Source: Eledone cirrhosa
Taxonomy: Eukaryota
Direction: 5' to 3'
Length of the DNA: 64,000 bases
NCBI GenBank assembly: GCA_964016885.1
Contig: CAXHJY010001064.1
Location: 10,789-74,788, forward strand
Shown here: piece after piece, positions 51,233 through 63,992 of the stretch
How the letters are laid out: each line of letters starts with the position of its first letter
How positions within the stretch are numbered: position 1 is the first letter of the stretch
Notes under the pieces: generated by a model
The model's input: only the letters and a program-made list of their open reading frames with translations
The model's database searches: none
Told to the model about the DNA's origin: nothing
Made by a program: the position numbers and the translations under genes

Positions 51233-53678
51233 TTAATTAGGTTTATAATATTTAAAGGTTTTTCTCAGTTTGTGATTACACGCTATTATTAATTCCTGTC
51301 GCTTATTTAATAGGATATCCTTAGATTTCATTATTTCAAAAAGTTCTTGGGAACATAATCTACATTCATATCTATTATTTTGATAAGGGGTGGCCCTTTT
51401 GAGCACACTCCAGGTCAGGTCATAATCTATATTCCTCTATCTATAATTATTAATTATTTCAGCTAGAGATGTTGTATTAGCTAGTGCGGCATTTTTAAAA
51501 CTATGTTTGTGGGTATTAAAGTTTACCTTAAATTTGTTAGAGGTAGCTCCTATATATGAATAAATTGAGTCTTTAGTGTTAACTTTACATTTATATACTA
51601 TGTTATTAACAAGGCAATTACCTTTTAATGGGCAGTTTGACTTGTTTCTACAGTTACAACTTTTCGTGAATCCTGTATCAGAGGAGATATTATGGTTAGT
51701 TTGATGTACTGGTGGTATACTCATGGTTTTTTTACATTTATATGCATTGTAGGCACTTATATTTTGTTTTATGTTTTTGGTTGTTGAGTAGGAGAATTTA
51801 ACCGTTGATCTATTTAAAATGTGATGGTATTTGTGGTTTGGCGGGAAGTTCTTCTCTAGGATATTAAATAATTTTTTAGGTATATTATCCTTAATTTGTA
51901 AATTAAATGGAGCATTATACCAAGTAACTCGTCTATTACGGTTTCGATGTTGTTTATTGTTTTTATAGGATGTATCCTGATGTTTATTAAGAGAATTATT
52001 GTTAATGACTTCACCACACACATTTTTAGTTAGATTTATTGATTTATGTGTTTTAGCTTGTTTATTAGGAGTTTTATTATTACCATTTATTAGAGTTGTA
52101 GGATGAGTGGTTTTTTGAGAGTTACTATATTGTATATTAGAAGAGTTAGAGAAATTTGGTTTTATGTTGGTATTTTGGGGTATAGTGTGAGTGGCATTTA
52201 GGTGTGTATGTTTCATTTGGTGTTTGTTGGTAATATTAGGTTGTGTTTGTAGTGTTATTGGTACAAGGTATATATACTAATTTATTTTTGTGGCCACTTC
52301 TAGCTAGAGCTTCGTTATAAAAGGTCGCATTTTTATCAAATACGTTAGACGAAAGGTTAGAAATTCTAAGTGATATATTATATGCAAGGTTTTTAAGGAT
52401 AGATTTAGGGTGATTAGATTGTGAGTGTATGTAGTGTAAATTTTGGTTAGGTTTATGGTAAGGTTGGTAGATACCCGTAGATAAGTCTAATGTTATATCA
52501 AGGAAATTAACTACTTTACTTGTGTTTTCAAATGTAATATCTAGACTATAATAGTCTTTAAGGAAAGTTCTAATAAGCTTTTTATTTTTTTCTATCTCTG
52601 AAAGGCTAAGGTTATTGGAAAGAAGAAGACAGTCGTCACGATATAAACCACCTTTAAGGTGGGGAAAGGAAGCATTTATGTTGAAAAGAAGAAAGAGGCC
52701 CACAAGATCAGTAATTTGGGCAGAATCACTTGAGCCCATAGTAATATCGAATAGATTACTATATGTGTTTCTGGTCCAGTATTCATTTTGAAATTCCAAT
52801 AGTATTAGTCTGGCATGTGTAATAATATTAATGTCATCCAAAGTTAAGTTAGATCTATTTTTAGCAAATATCAAGGCTTTGTTCAGGAGTATAGGTGATA
52901 TAGAAGAATAATAATTATCTATATCAAATTGTAGAAATGAAGCAGAGGATCTATTTCTAATATTATTAAACCAGTTAATTACCTGGGATGTGTTTTCCCA
53001 GAGTGGTAAATTAACATGTTTTCTTAGTTGTGGGATGACTCTATCTAAATTTTTTTTACTAATGATTCCAATATCAGATTTGGAAGGGCATATAAGCCTT
53101 ATAGAAGGATTAGAGTTAAAGTTAGATTTATGATCTTTCAGGTTGAAATGTGGTCTTTTCAGTGCCAAAGGTTCAGTTCTATCTTCAATATTAAGTCTAT
53201 TCACTATGTTGTGTGTTTTGTTGTTGATGTTGGTAAGTGACGCATTGTTTGTTTTTCTATAATTCTTCCTGAGTTCTTTATATATGAACTCATTGTAATT
53301 TTCAATATCCATGTGATACAGATTTCCAGTTTTGTCCGAGTGGACATGGATTTTTTTAGATTTTTTTAGATCCAATAGGGTAGAATCAAGATCCTTTTGA
53401 AAATTAGATTTATACCTCTTAAATTTGAGGTGTTTGATTAAATTAAAAAGGTCTTTCTCAAAGTTTTCAAGTAAGGAGTTGTGTGGTGGATTTTTATATG
53501 TAGTGAAATCATATAAATACTTCTTATCAGTACATTTTGTTTTTTTATCGAAGTGGTAGGCCCTCCATCTGACCCTTCTGATAAATTGGTTGTTTTTTTG
53601 TATCATAAGAAGTAAGAAATCATCCTTAGAAGGTAATGGTATATTCTTTAAAGAGGTTCCCAAGTATTGTTTTTCCAT
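51233..53678 (-). pseudogene. Penelope RT + GIY-YIG ORF (~815 codons once repaired), one frameshift and one nonsense mutation
   Basis: ATG at 53678 (MEKQYLGTSLKNIP), SDKTGN, FDIDNYYSSI, TMGS, LYRDD, NFLDI, SNHP, then GIY-YIG. 2-bp deletion near 52245 and TAG at 51437-39 relative to copy B. Confidence 0.9.
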
Positions 53679-54041
53679 TGTGATATGGATAATGGACAAG
53701 AAAAAGAGCTCAACTATGAAGTTATACACATATATATATAGCTCAACTATAAAGTTATACACATATATATATATATATAAATATATATACACATACACAT
53801 ATATATACATTCACAAAAATAAGAATATTCCCATAAAAATAGGAGCAAAGTATGTAGATAAATCTACCAAAAATTTACGGTAGCGTCCAATCCGTATGAA
53901 GAACTCAATGTAATCCGGATATCATGAAAAGAGAAGATGCATTCAAAAACTATTTTCGGTGAAAATTAACGGAAAACAGAGTCAAGATAAATTAATAAAG
54001 TAATGAATAAACAAAGAAACAGTTCCTTATATTAAAAAAAT

Positions 54042-54181
54042 TCATCATTTTACGATCGTTTCTAGGATATATATGTGTTAGTGTTGGTATGCATATTCTA
54101 TAGATCTATGTAAAATATTTATACAAACTATCAGAGGGAATATACATACCTACACATATATATGCTGTCTTCAGAAATAAT
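54042..54181 (-). ncRNA. Hammerhead ribozyme in the 5' pLTR, abutting a SINE
   Basis: attattt-CTGAAGA (54174-54168)...GAAAC-gatc-GTA-aaatgat. Confidence 0.78.
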
Positions 54182-54353
54182 TGTTTCTACTTTAGGCACA
54201 AGGCCTACAATTACCCAGTGCATTACTGGTACTTTATTTTATCGACCCCGTAAGGATGAAAGGCAAAGTCAACCTCGGCGGGATTTGAACTCAGATCGTA
54301 AAGGGATGTAACTATGCTGGAAAGCATGGCGTCCGACCCTCTACCGATACTGC
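54182..54353 (-). mobile_element. SINE in the Penelope 5' pLTR
   Basis: 13-bp TSD cttcagaaataat at 54169-81 and 54354-66. Confidence 0.9.
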
Positions 54354-54920
54354 CTTCAGAAATAATGATATTTGTTTATTGAAAAAAACAAAGATTTAAT
54401 ACAATAGGTCTGTTTGGGAACAGGTTTTGAATTGACCAATAGAAAGATAGTGAAGGTCAAGATAGTAATCTAGTAGTAAAGGAACCTTAATTTATGGGTA
54501 GGGGAAAGTAGATTTCAGTTTTGGATGGAAAAGAATATTATGAATGAAAGATTATTTTAGGGATGAAAATGGGTCGTATGCTGACCTCAGAAATAATTAT
54601 ATTTGTTCATTGAATAAAACCAACAAAGAGTTGATATAGTCTGTCTGTTTGGTAACAGGTTTAGAATTAACCAATAGAAAGTTAATAATTGGCCAAATGG
54701 TAAAATAGTAGTAATTGAAGTTTATTTTAGGGGTAGATGAAGGTAGATTTCAGTTTTGAATGGAGTGTGAAGAATGAGAAGGTTATTTTAGGGGTTAAAA
54801 TAGGTCAGGTCAGTAAAAGGTATACGAACAGTTGCTGTTATAAAATAGTAATGCCAATGCAAATATCTAAGGAGACTAAAATTTTACGATAAGAGGGTTA
54901 GTGATATATAATATATATAT

Positions 54921-54977
<57 letters not shown>

Positions 54978-56176
54978 GCTCCGATTAGTTGAGCGCTCTA
55001 TGATGTAACCGATACGGTGGAGAAGAGAGGAACCAACCAAGAACTACCCCGGAAATCCCCTCTACCATGGGGATGAAAAAACCCCTGACACTGGACAGGC
55101 GTATAGTAACTTTCGGCAGAATAAATACGCGGAAACAAAAAATAAGATAAACCCCTATTTTCCTGCACCAAATCGCATTTGAACAGAGGCCCCCTCAATT
55201 CAATCTATACATGGACAGATGGACAATCATATGGATCATTTTACATATATGTACTCTGTGTTTTTGCATTTATTCACTATTGTCTCTGTTCTTTTCTTAT
55301 CTTTTGTGTACTTTATGTCTGTTTTTCTTTGATTCTGTTCCATGTGATGGAAAGTATGACCGTGTAACAGATTGACTAATGCCTTGAACCATGTGGTTTG
55401 CCCTCCGTTATAATGTACGGCACTGCCGTTCAATATCTGGATAGAGTAACTGTAACACTAGAATCCCTCCCAGAACGTATTACTTAAACATCTTCTCCAT
55501 ATTATTTACTCACTTCAATCTATATTTTTACTCAATCCGAATTATCACTTGAAAAAAATTTTTGAATTTAGAATTTTTGAATTCTTTATTGTTTAATTTA
55601 TAATCTCTGATATTTGATTTAGGATTTTAACTTTAATTTTAATTTTTATTCCCAACTCTCACTCTTAACTTACAATGTAAAACCATAGTACCAAGAATTC
55701 AGTTTATTTTCCCTTTTGAGTTGATGGTCAGTCTTACTGTCAACGCTTAGTGAAAGGTAGTATTATGACCTATAAAAACTAACACCCTCCCATCCCCTCT
55801 GGCTTTCAGCTGACTGTCACAGTAGCGATGGGTAGCAGTAAACTTTGGCAAGGCATAGGTGGGCCACTGACAGCGAATTTCGTTGAAATCTGCGGTGCTA
55901 GTGGTCAACTTCCTTCGGACATGCGCTTGCGCAGACCGGTGGGGGTGAATTGGTATTCACAAGGGAACGGATAAAAAGCCCAAAAGCACGAACTTCATCC
56001 GTTCCCATGTCGATTCAATTTGGATTGCCTCGGAAACAACCTTATTATGTAACAAGCTGTCTGATGATGTCACGACACTCGCACACAGTACAGTGTGGCC
56101 AGTGTCGTCATTGAAATATATATCACAGCATTATTATTAAAGGATTTGAACATCTGAAACTACTTTGCTTTTACTT

Positions 56177-56180
<4 letters not shown>
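54978..56180 (+). mobile_element. (TA)n-flanked 1.2-kb unit ending in a hammerhead; probable PLE 3'/pLTR fragment or non-autonomous element
   Basis: Bounded by TA arrays, several hairpins (gggaacggat/atccgttccc), hammerhead ~50 nt from the 3' end, no recognisable ORF. Confidence 0.55.
56056..56129 (+). ncRNA. Type I hammerhead ribozyme (family 2)
   Basis: gctgt-CTGATGA-tgtc acgacact...agtgtcgt catt-GAAAT-atat-ATC-acagc. Confidence 0.8.
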
Positions 56181-56235
<55 letters not shown>

Positions 56236-56236
<1 letters not shown>

Positions 56237-56707
56237 AAAGATGTAAATAAGAAAGTTATGAAAATTGACTTACTTATTAAATTTCACTCCAACTAATTAG
56301 TTTCTGTAAGGGGATAAATACAGTTATGTAATACTGTACAGAAGCCTTACGTCATCAGGGAGTCTATTCTCAGCTAAGCCACCAGGCAATGCGGGGACAC
56401 TGGAAGCTTATATAACAATAATTCAGTGGATGGAAAAAAGCGTAAAAATCGAGCGGGGCTAGATTCTAAGCACTGAAAAATTCGCTGCCTCCTTGGTCAA
56501 GTGGCAAATTCAAAAGAATTAATCACGTGACACTGATGTTAACCAGCTTGGAGTGGGGGTGCTATTAAGACAGAGCCTAGCTACTACTATCAGTCACAGT
56601 AGTAAGTTGGCAAATTTTGCTCAACAAATAATTTGGAGAAGACTATAAAGAATTAATATATCTACCGATATGTATACATATGTCGGTAGATATATTAATT
56701 CTTTATA
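56236..56707 (-). mobile_element. (TA)n-flanked ~470-bp unit with a hammerhead and a terminal fold-back
   Basis: Hammerhead near the 3' end and a 64-bp palindrome at the 5' end (56644-56707). Confidence 0.55.
56286..56363 (-). ncRNA. Type I hammerhead ribozyme (family 3)
   Basis: actcc-CTGATGA-c gtaagg..tacagt..actgta..ccttac a-GAAAC-taatta-GTT-ggagt. Confidence 0.82.
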
Positions 56708-56711
56708 TATA

Positions 56712-56804
<93 letters not shown>

Positions 56805-57004
56805 ATATATATATATATAATATAAAATAAAATATTAAAAAAATAATGAATAAAACAATGAAACAGTTCCTTATATTAAACAAAAAAAGTTCATTATTTA
56901 ACGATCGTTTCTAGGATATATGTGTTAGAATTGGCATGCATATTCAACAGATCTATGTACAAAATTATACAAAATTATACAAACTATCAAAATTAAATAT
57001 ACAT

Positions 57005-57050
57005 TGTGTATGTATGTGTTTGTATGTGTGTTTATGTGTGTACGTGTGTG

Positions 57051-57099
<49 letters not shown>

Positions 57100-57393
57100 G
57101 TATATGTATCTCTATTTATATGTGTATATATGTGTATGTATATACCTTTTTCTTTGTATGTCTGAGTTGTGTGAGCGTGTAGTGGTGTTTGTATGTATAT
57201 ACGCATATATGGATGTGTATGTATTTGTATATATGCGTATATGTAAGTGCGTATGTGTGTGTGAGTATATATCTATGTCTATGTATGAGTATGTATGTGT
57301 GTGTATGTATGTGTGTGTGTATGTATGTATGTGTGTATGTGTGTATGTATATATGTGTGTATATATATATATGTATATATATGTATGTATATA

Positions 57394-57424
<31 letters not shown>

Positions 57425-57536
57425 TTATTATATGTGTGTGTGTGTGTGTATATATATCTTTATATATGTGTATGTGTATGTATGTGTAGGTGTGTGTGTG
57501 TGTATATATGTATGTGTGTATATGTGTATGTGTGTG

Positions 57537-57577
<41 letters not shown>

Positions 57578-57693
57578 ATGTGTGTATGTGTGTATATATA
57601 TATTTATATATATATATATATTTATATGTGGGTATGTATGTGTATGTGTGTATATATATGAGTGTGTTTATATATATATGTATGTAGATGTGA

Positions 57694-57753
<60 letters not shown>

Positions 57754-57802
57754 GTATATATGTGTATATGTATGAGTGTGTATATATATACGTGTGTTGT
57801 GA

Positions 57803-57845
<43 letters not shown>

Positions 57846-58225
57846 CGTGTATGTGTATATATGTGTGTAAAAATATATATATATATATATATATATGTGT
57901 GTTTATGTGTGTATGTGTCTATGTATTTATATGTGTATATGTATGTGTCTCTATATGTATGCGTGTGTGTATGTGTATGTGTATTTATATGGTATGTGTA
58001 TGTATATGTATGTGTATGTATGTGTTTGTATATATGTGTATGTATATGTATGTATATGTATGTGTGTGTATGCGTGTGTATTTATTTATATGTCTATATG
58101 TATGTATATCGATGTATATTTTATATTTTACTTGTTTGTATATATATATGTATGTGTATGTATATGTGTATATATATATGTGTGTGTATGTGTGTGTGTA
58201 TATATGTGTATATATATGTGTATAT

Positions 58226-58257
<32 letters not shown>

Positions 58258-58305
58258 GTGTGTGTGTGTGTGTGTGTATGTGTGTGTGTATATATATATA
58301 TATAT
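57005..58305. repeat. Compound (TG)/(TA)/(TATG) microsatellite
   Basis: Direct read. It is the source of the long VCIY-type ORFs. Confidence 0.95.
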
Positions 58306-58904
58306 TTTCTTGATATATTTCTTTTTTCTTTTTCTTTTCTTTTTATTTCTAAGTTTATAGATACATTTATAAATAGGCAGTCTGCCGACACCGTTGAATA
58401 CTGACCTCTCCCCCCCTCCCACCTAATTTCTGTATCCTGATCTAAATATGTGTGGCAGTGTTTATGTGCGTGCATTAATGTCCATATGCTTATGATAATA
58501 CTATATACACATATATATGTGTGTGGGGGTGTGTGTGTGTATGTATGTTCGTAGTTATGTGTATGTTTATGCATATACGCGCGTGTGTGTGTGAGTGTAC
58601 GAATATGTGTGAGTATATGAATGTGTGTATACATTTATTTCATATTTATGTGTCTATACGCATTTTATCTGTAGATTATAAACTTACAGAGACATTAGCC
58701 TTGAATTTTTGTATTTACATACATCTTTTTGGCATGCGTATGCATGTGAACATATATCTTTATGCAAATATGTGTACGAAGTTAATCACATGTATATACA
58801 CACACCTAACTGCATAAAATTTTTTGTATTTTCATTGGTCAATTTGAACTCTGTTCCCAAACGGACCTGAAATTTTGAATTGTTGTTATTATCAATAAAT
58901 ATAT

Positions 58905-59059
58905 TTCATTATTTCTGAAGACGGCATATATATGTGTTTGGTATGTATATTTAATTTTGATAGTTTGTATAATTTTGTATAATTTTGTACATAGATCTGT
59001 TGAATATGCATGCCAATTCTAACACATATATATCCTAGAAACGATCGTTAAATAATGAA
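58905..59059 (+). ncRNA. Type I hammerhead ribozyme (long stem II, subfamily 2)
   Basis: ttcattattt-CTGAAGA-[116 nt]-GAAAC-gatc-GTT-aaataatgaa, with a perfect 10-bp stem I. Confidence 0.82.
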
Positions 59060-59328
59060 CTTTTTTTGTTTAATATAAGGAACTGTTTCATTGTTTTATT
59101 CATTATTTTTTTTATATTTTATCTTGACTCTGTATTCCGTTTATCTTTCACCGAAAGTGATTTTTCATTGCATCTCTTCTTTCCATGATATCCGGATTAC
59201 ATTGAGTTCTTCATACGGATTGGACACTACCGTAAACTCTTGGTAGATTTATCTACATATATATAATATATATATATATAATATATATATATATAATATA
59301 TATATATATATATAATATATATATATAT

Positions 59329-59372
<44 letters not shown>

Positions 59373-59544
59373 TATAATATATATATATAATATATATATA
59401 ATATATATATATAATATATATATATAATATATATATAATATATATATATAATATATATATATAATATATATATATAATATATATATAATATATATATAGA
59501 GAGAATGTATAATATATATAATATATATATAATATATATATATA

Positions 59545-60190
59545 GAGAATATTGAGAAGCCAGAGGGGATCACTAATGTAGGCGGGAAGCCGCTGGAATT
59601 GGTTGAGGACTTCCTGTATTTGGGAGCAAAGATTGGGAATACGGAAGATGATGTGGTTGAGAGGAAGAGCAAGGCCTGAGCGGCGTGTCACAGCTTGAGA
59701 TCGGTGTGGAAGTCGGACCTTCGTAGAGACCTGAAAATCCGCCTTTTCATTGCTGTAGTGGAGTCTGTGCTGCTGTATGGGTCTGAGACTTGGACACTAA
59801 CCAAGAGACTCACTCAGATGGTGGATGGGTGCTACACGAGAATGCTGAGGATGGCTCTGAACATTAATCAGTATACACTGAGGATGAAAAACTCAGAGCT
59901 GTATGGGAGCATCCCAAAAGTCAGCTCAAAAGTGACACAGAGGAGACTGAGGTTGGCTGGACATGCTCACCGACATCCAGAGTTGACATTGCACTCAGTG
60001 CTCCTTTGGGAGCCCCTACATGGACACACTAGAAGAGGAAGACCAAGGTTAACATATGTTGATGCCCTAAGGACAGACACTGGTCTGTTGGAGATGCAGG
60101 ATATGGCAGCGATAATGAGGGACAGAGACCGCTGGAGAGAACTCGTCCATGGATCTCGAGAATTTTACCCGCCTTAGATAGATAGATATA
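59545..60190 (+). mobile_element. RTE family B 3' end with (TAGA)n tail
   Basis: LELVEDFLYLG and ORF 59695-60177 (ESVLLYGSETWTL, RRLRLAGH, GRPRLTY), then tagatagatagata. Confidence 0.9.
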
Positions 60191-60273
60191 TAGATATATA
60201 TATATATATATATATAAATATATATATATATTATATATATATATAAATATATATATATATTATATATATATAT

Positions 60274-60329
<56 letters not shown>

Positions 60330-60428
60330 TATATATATATAATATATATATATATAATATATATATATATATAATATATATATTATATATATATATATAT
60401 ATAATATATATATAATATATATATATAT

Positions 60429-60459
<31 letters not shown>

Positions 60460-60516
60460 ATATATATATTATATATATATATATATATAATATATATATT
60501 ATATATATATATATAT

Positions 60517-60547
<31 letters not shown>

Positions 60548-60681
60548 ATATATATATAATATATATATATATAATATATATATAATATATATATATATAT
60601 AATATATATATATATAATATATATATAATATATATATATATATAATATATATAATATATATATATATATATTTATATATAT

Positions 60682-60754
<73 letters not shown>

Positions 60755-60758
<4 letters not shown>

Positions 60759-63370
60759 TAAACAAATAATGAACAAACAATTCCTTATATTAAACAAAAA
60801 AAGTTCACTATTTAACGATCGTTTCTAGGGTATATATGTGTTATAATTGGTATACATATTTAACAGATCTATGTACAAAATTATACAAAATTATACAAAT
60901 TATCAAGATTAAATATACATACCTAACTCATATATACGCCGTCTTCAGAAATAATGAAGTATATTTATTGATAATAACAACAATTCAAAATATCAGTTCA
61001 AAATTGACCAATGAAAACACAAAGGGTTAAAAGCAGTTTGGTGTGTGTATATACATGTAAAAACCTTACACATATTTTACAATAATGTGTGTATAATTTG
61101 TATGTGCATACTAAAAAGATGGATGCAAACACAAAATTTCAAGGTTAATATCTCTGTAAGCTTAATGCGCTGATAAGATACGCAATGATACTTATGGAGT
61201 CAAGCATATAAAAATGTTTTTTTCACACATATCAGTATAATCACACATACATGTGCGTATATGCATAAATATACACATAACCACGAACATACAAACACAC
61301 ACACATATATAGGAGCTACCTCTAACAATTTTAAGACAAGGTATAATACCCACAAACATAGCTTTAAAAATGCCGCACTGGCTAATACAACATCTCTAGC
61401 AGAAAAAATCAATAGGTATAAAAATAAAAATATAAAATATGATTTGACCTGGAGTGTGCTCAAAAGAGCCACCCCTTATCAAAATAATAGAAAGGAATGT
61501 AGATTATGTTCCCAAGAACTATTTGAAATAATGAAGTCTAGGGATATCTTATTAAATAAAAGACAGGAATTAATTATATCGTGTAATCATAAACTAAAAA
61601 AAACATTTAAATATTATAAACCTAATTAATAACATTATTCTAGAATTTAATTTAATTTAAATGTTAGTTAACCTATAAATTTAATTTAATTAATATTTTA
61701 TTACAGATGAGAAAATATTATGTAATCATAAATTTTGAAAAACCTTTAAATATTACTAATATATACTCAGTAATTTAATTTATAGATTAATTTTAATTTA
61801 TTTTAACCTTTTATTATAATTTTTTTTTTTTATTATAATTCTTTTACAGATAAAATATAACAAAATAATATCATGTATCCTATGACGGAGAAAGAATTTT
61901 TTAGTATTATAGACCTAATTAATATACATTTTGGAAATATATTTATTATTTGGTTTTAGTTTTAATCAACCTAAAACTTTAATTTTAATTTGCTTAAAAT
62001 TAGTATCCTTGTACAGACGAATTGCAGAATGTCATGTAATCATAGAATGGGATGTGTTTTGGATATATACCTAGTTAATATATTCTGTGCAATTTTTTGA
62101 AAAAGATATGTATATCTATATGTATATGTATATGTGTGTGTTGTATGTGTATCTGTATGTATATTTATGTGACTATATATGTATATATGTGTATATATAT
62201 GTATATATATATATATATGTGTGTATATGTATATATATGTGTATGTGTATGTATATGTATATGTATGCGTATTAATTTTGATTTTTATTTGCATATAATT
62301 ATATTATGCTATTGATGAAATACAATATCTGCTTTATGTATTGTATACCTAATTAACATATACTAATTAACGTATACTATTGAAATAAATATATAATTTT
62401 TAATTTAGTTAACATATAATTTATATGCTACTACCGATGTAATACTTTATTTTATTTTTATTTGGGTTTCTTTTCCCTATTACTAAGTTCATCTCCTAAT
62501 ATTGATACCATAACGTTATTAACTTTAATTTAGTTATAATGTAATTAATAATCTACTACTGTTTGACTTCATAATTCTGCTTCAAATATTATAAACCTAA
62601 CTAATTTACACCTTGGAAATTAATATGTTGACTATCTTTGGTTTAGTTAACATATGATTAATGGTATACTTTTTTATTTTGAGATGCATAGATTTCGTAT
62701 TTCCTAGCACTGAAAATATGTAAGAACATACATTGAATTAAGATACGGAAAATATTATATGTTTCTTGAAACATATATTTACTTTGATCCCCTTCTCCAA
62801 ACCCCCCCTTTCCCCCATACTATTATCATCTGTTTTTGTAAGCGTATATGTATGAATATATGTGTAGGTGGGTGTCTATATAGGTTTTGGTATTTATTTC
62901 TAAATATAAAAATACATATATGAGCATGTAAATATGAATGTAAGATTGAGTGTGTATATATGATTGTACATACATATGTGTGTATATATATGTATATATA
63001 TGTATTATATATGTATGTGTATGTGAATGTGTGGTATGTATATGTGTATGTATATGTATATATGTGTATGTATGTGTATGCTTGTATATAGGAATATATA
63101 TGTATGTGTATATATGTATGTATATGTATATGCGTGTTTGTATGTATGTGTATATGGGTTCTGTATATATTTGTATGTCTCTCTATTTATATGTTTATCT
63201 TCGTATCTATGTGATATATGTGTGTGTGTGTGCACGTATGCATATGTATGTGTTTGTGTGTGTTTGTATGTGTGTGTGTATATATATGTGTATTTGCGCA
63301 CACTCACATACACATATATATATATATATATGTGAGTGTGTATGTGTGTCTGTGTGTGTGTGTGTCTGTG

Positions 63371-63420
<50 letters not shown>

Positions 63421-63900
63421 GATATATATATATATATATATATATGTGTATATAGGTGTCTATGTGTGAATATATGTCTTTATTCGTATGTGTGTATTTA
63501 TGTATGTATATATTTATGTGTATGTATGTATGTGTATGTATGTATGTATATATATATATATATGTATATATGTATATGTGTATGTATATATATATATATA
63601 TATTATTCTTTATTATTATTGTAATATAACTTATGTGTATATGTGTATAAGTGAGGTTGTGTATGTATATATACTATGTGTATATATAAGAGTAATGAAA
63701 TATATATATATATATATATATATGTGCATGTCTGTTTTTTATGTGTGTGTGTATATATATATATGTATGTGTATATATGTATATGTATATATATGTGTAC
63801 GTGTGTGTATGTGGATATGTATGTATATATATATATATACATGTGGGTGTTTGTATGTGTATTTATGGTGGTATGAGTGTGTGGATATATATGTTTGTAT

Positions 63901-63934
<34 letters not shown>

Positions 63935-63941
63935 GAGTCTA

Positions 63942-63992
<51 letters not shown>

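Larger units (their letters stand above)
56822..59256 (+). mobile_element. Penelope subfamily 2 copy C: inverted partial pLTR, TG/TA-rich 3' UTR, pLTR
   Basis: 56822-57004 is the reverse complement of ~58942-59121. The element ends at ggtagatttatctac, like 49530. Confidence 0.75.

Noticed and set aside
53679-53810. Upstream extension of the Penelope ORF (MYIYVY...)
   Set aside because: TA-rich sequence with a local duplication. The conserved-looking start is MEKQYLGTSLKN at 53678.
56936-58422. Long ORFs (241 and 374 aa) rich in V/C/I/Y/M
   Set aside because: They are translations of TG/TA microsatellite, which lacks stop codons. The same applies to the IYIY ORFs at 6381-6663, 39618, 49486, 59227, 60499 and 62950.
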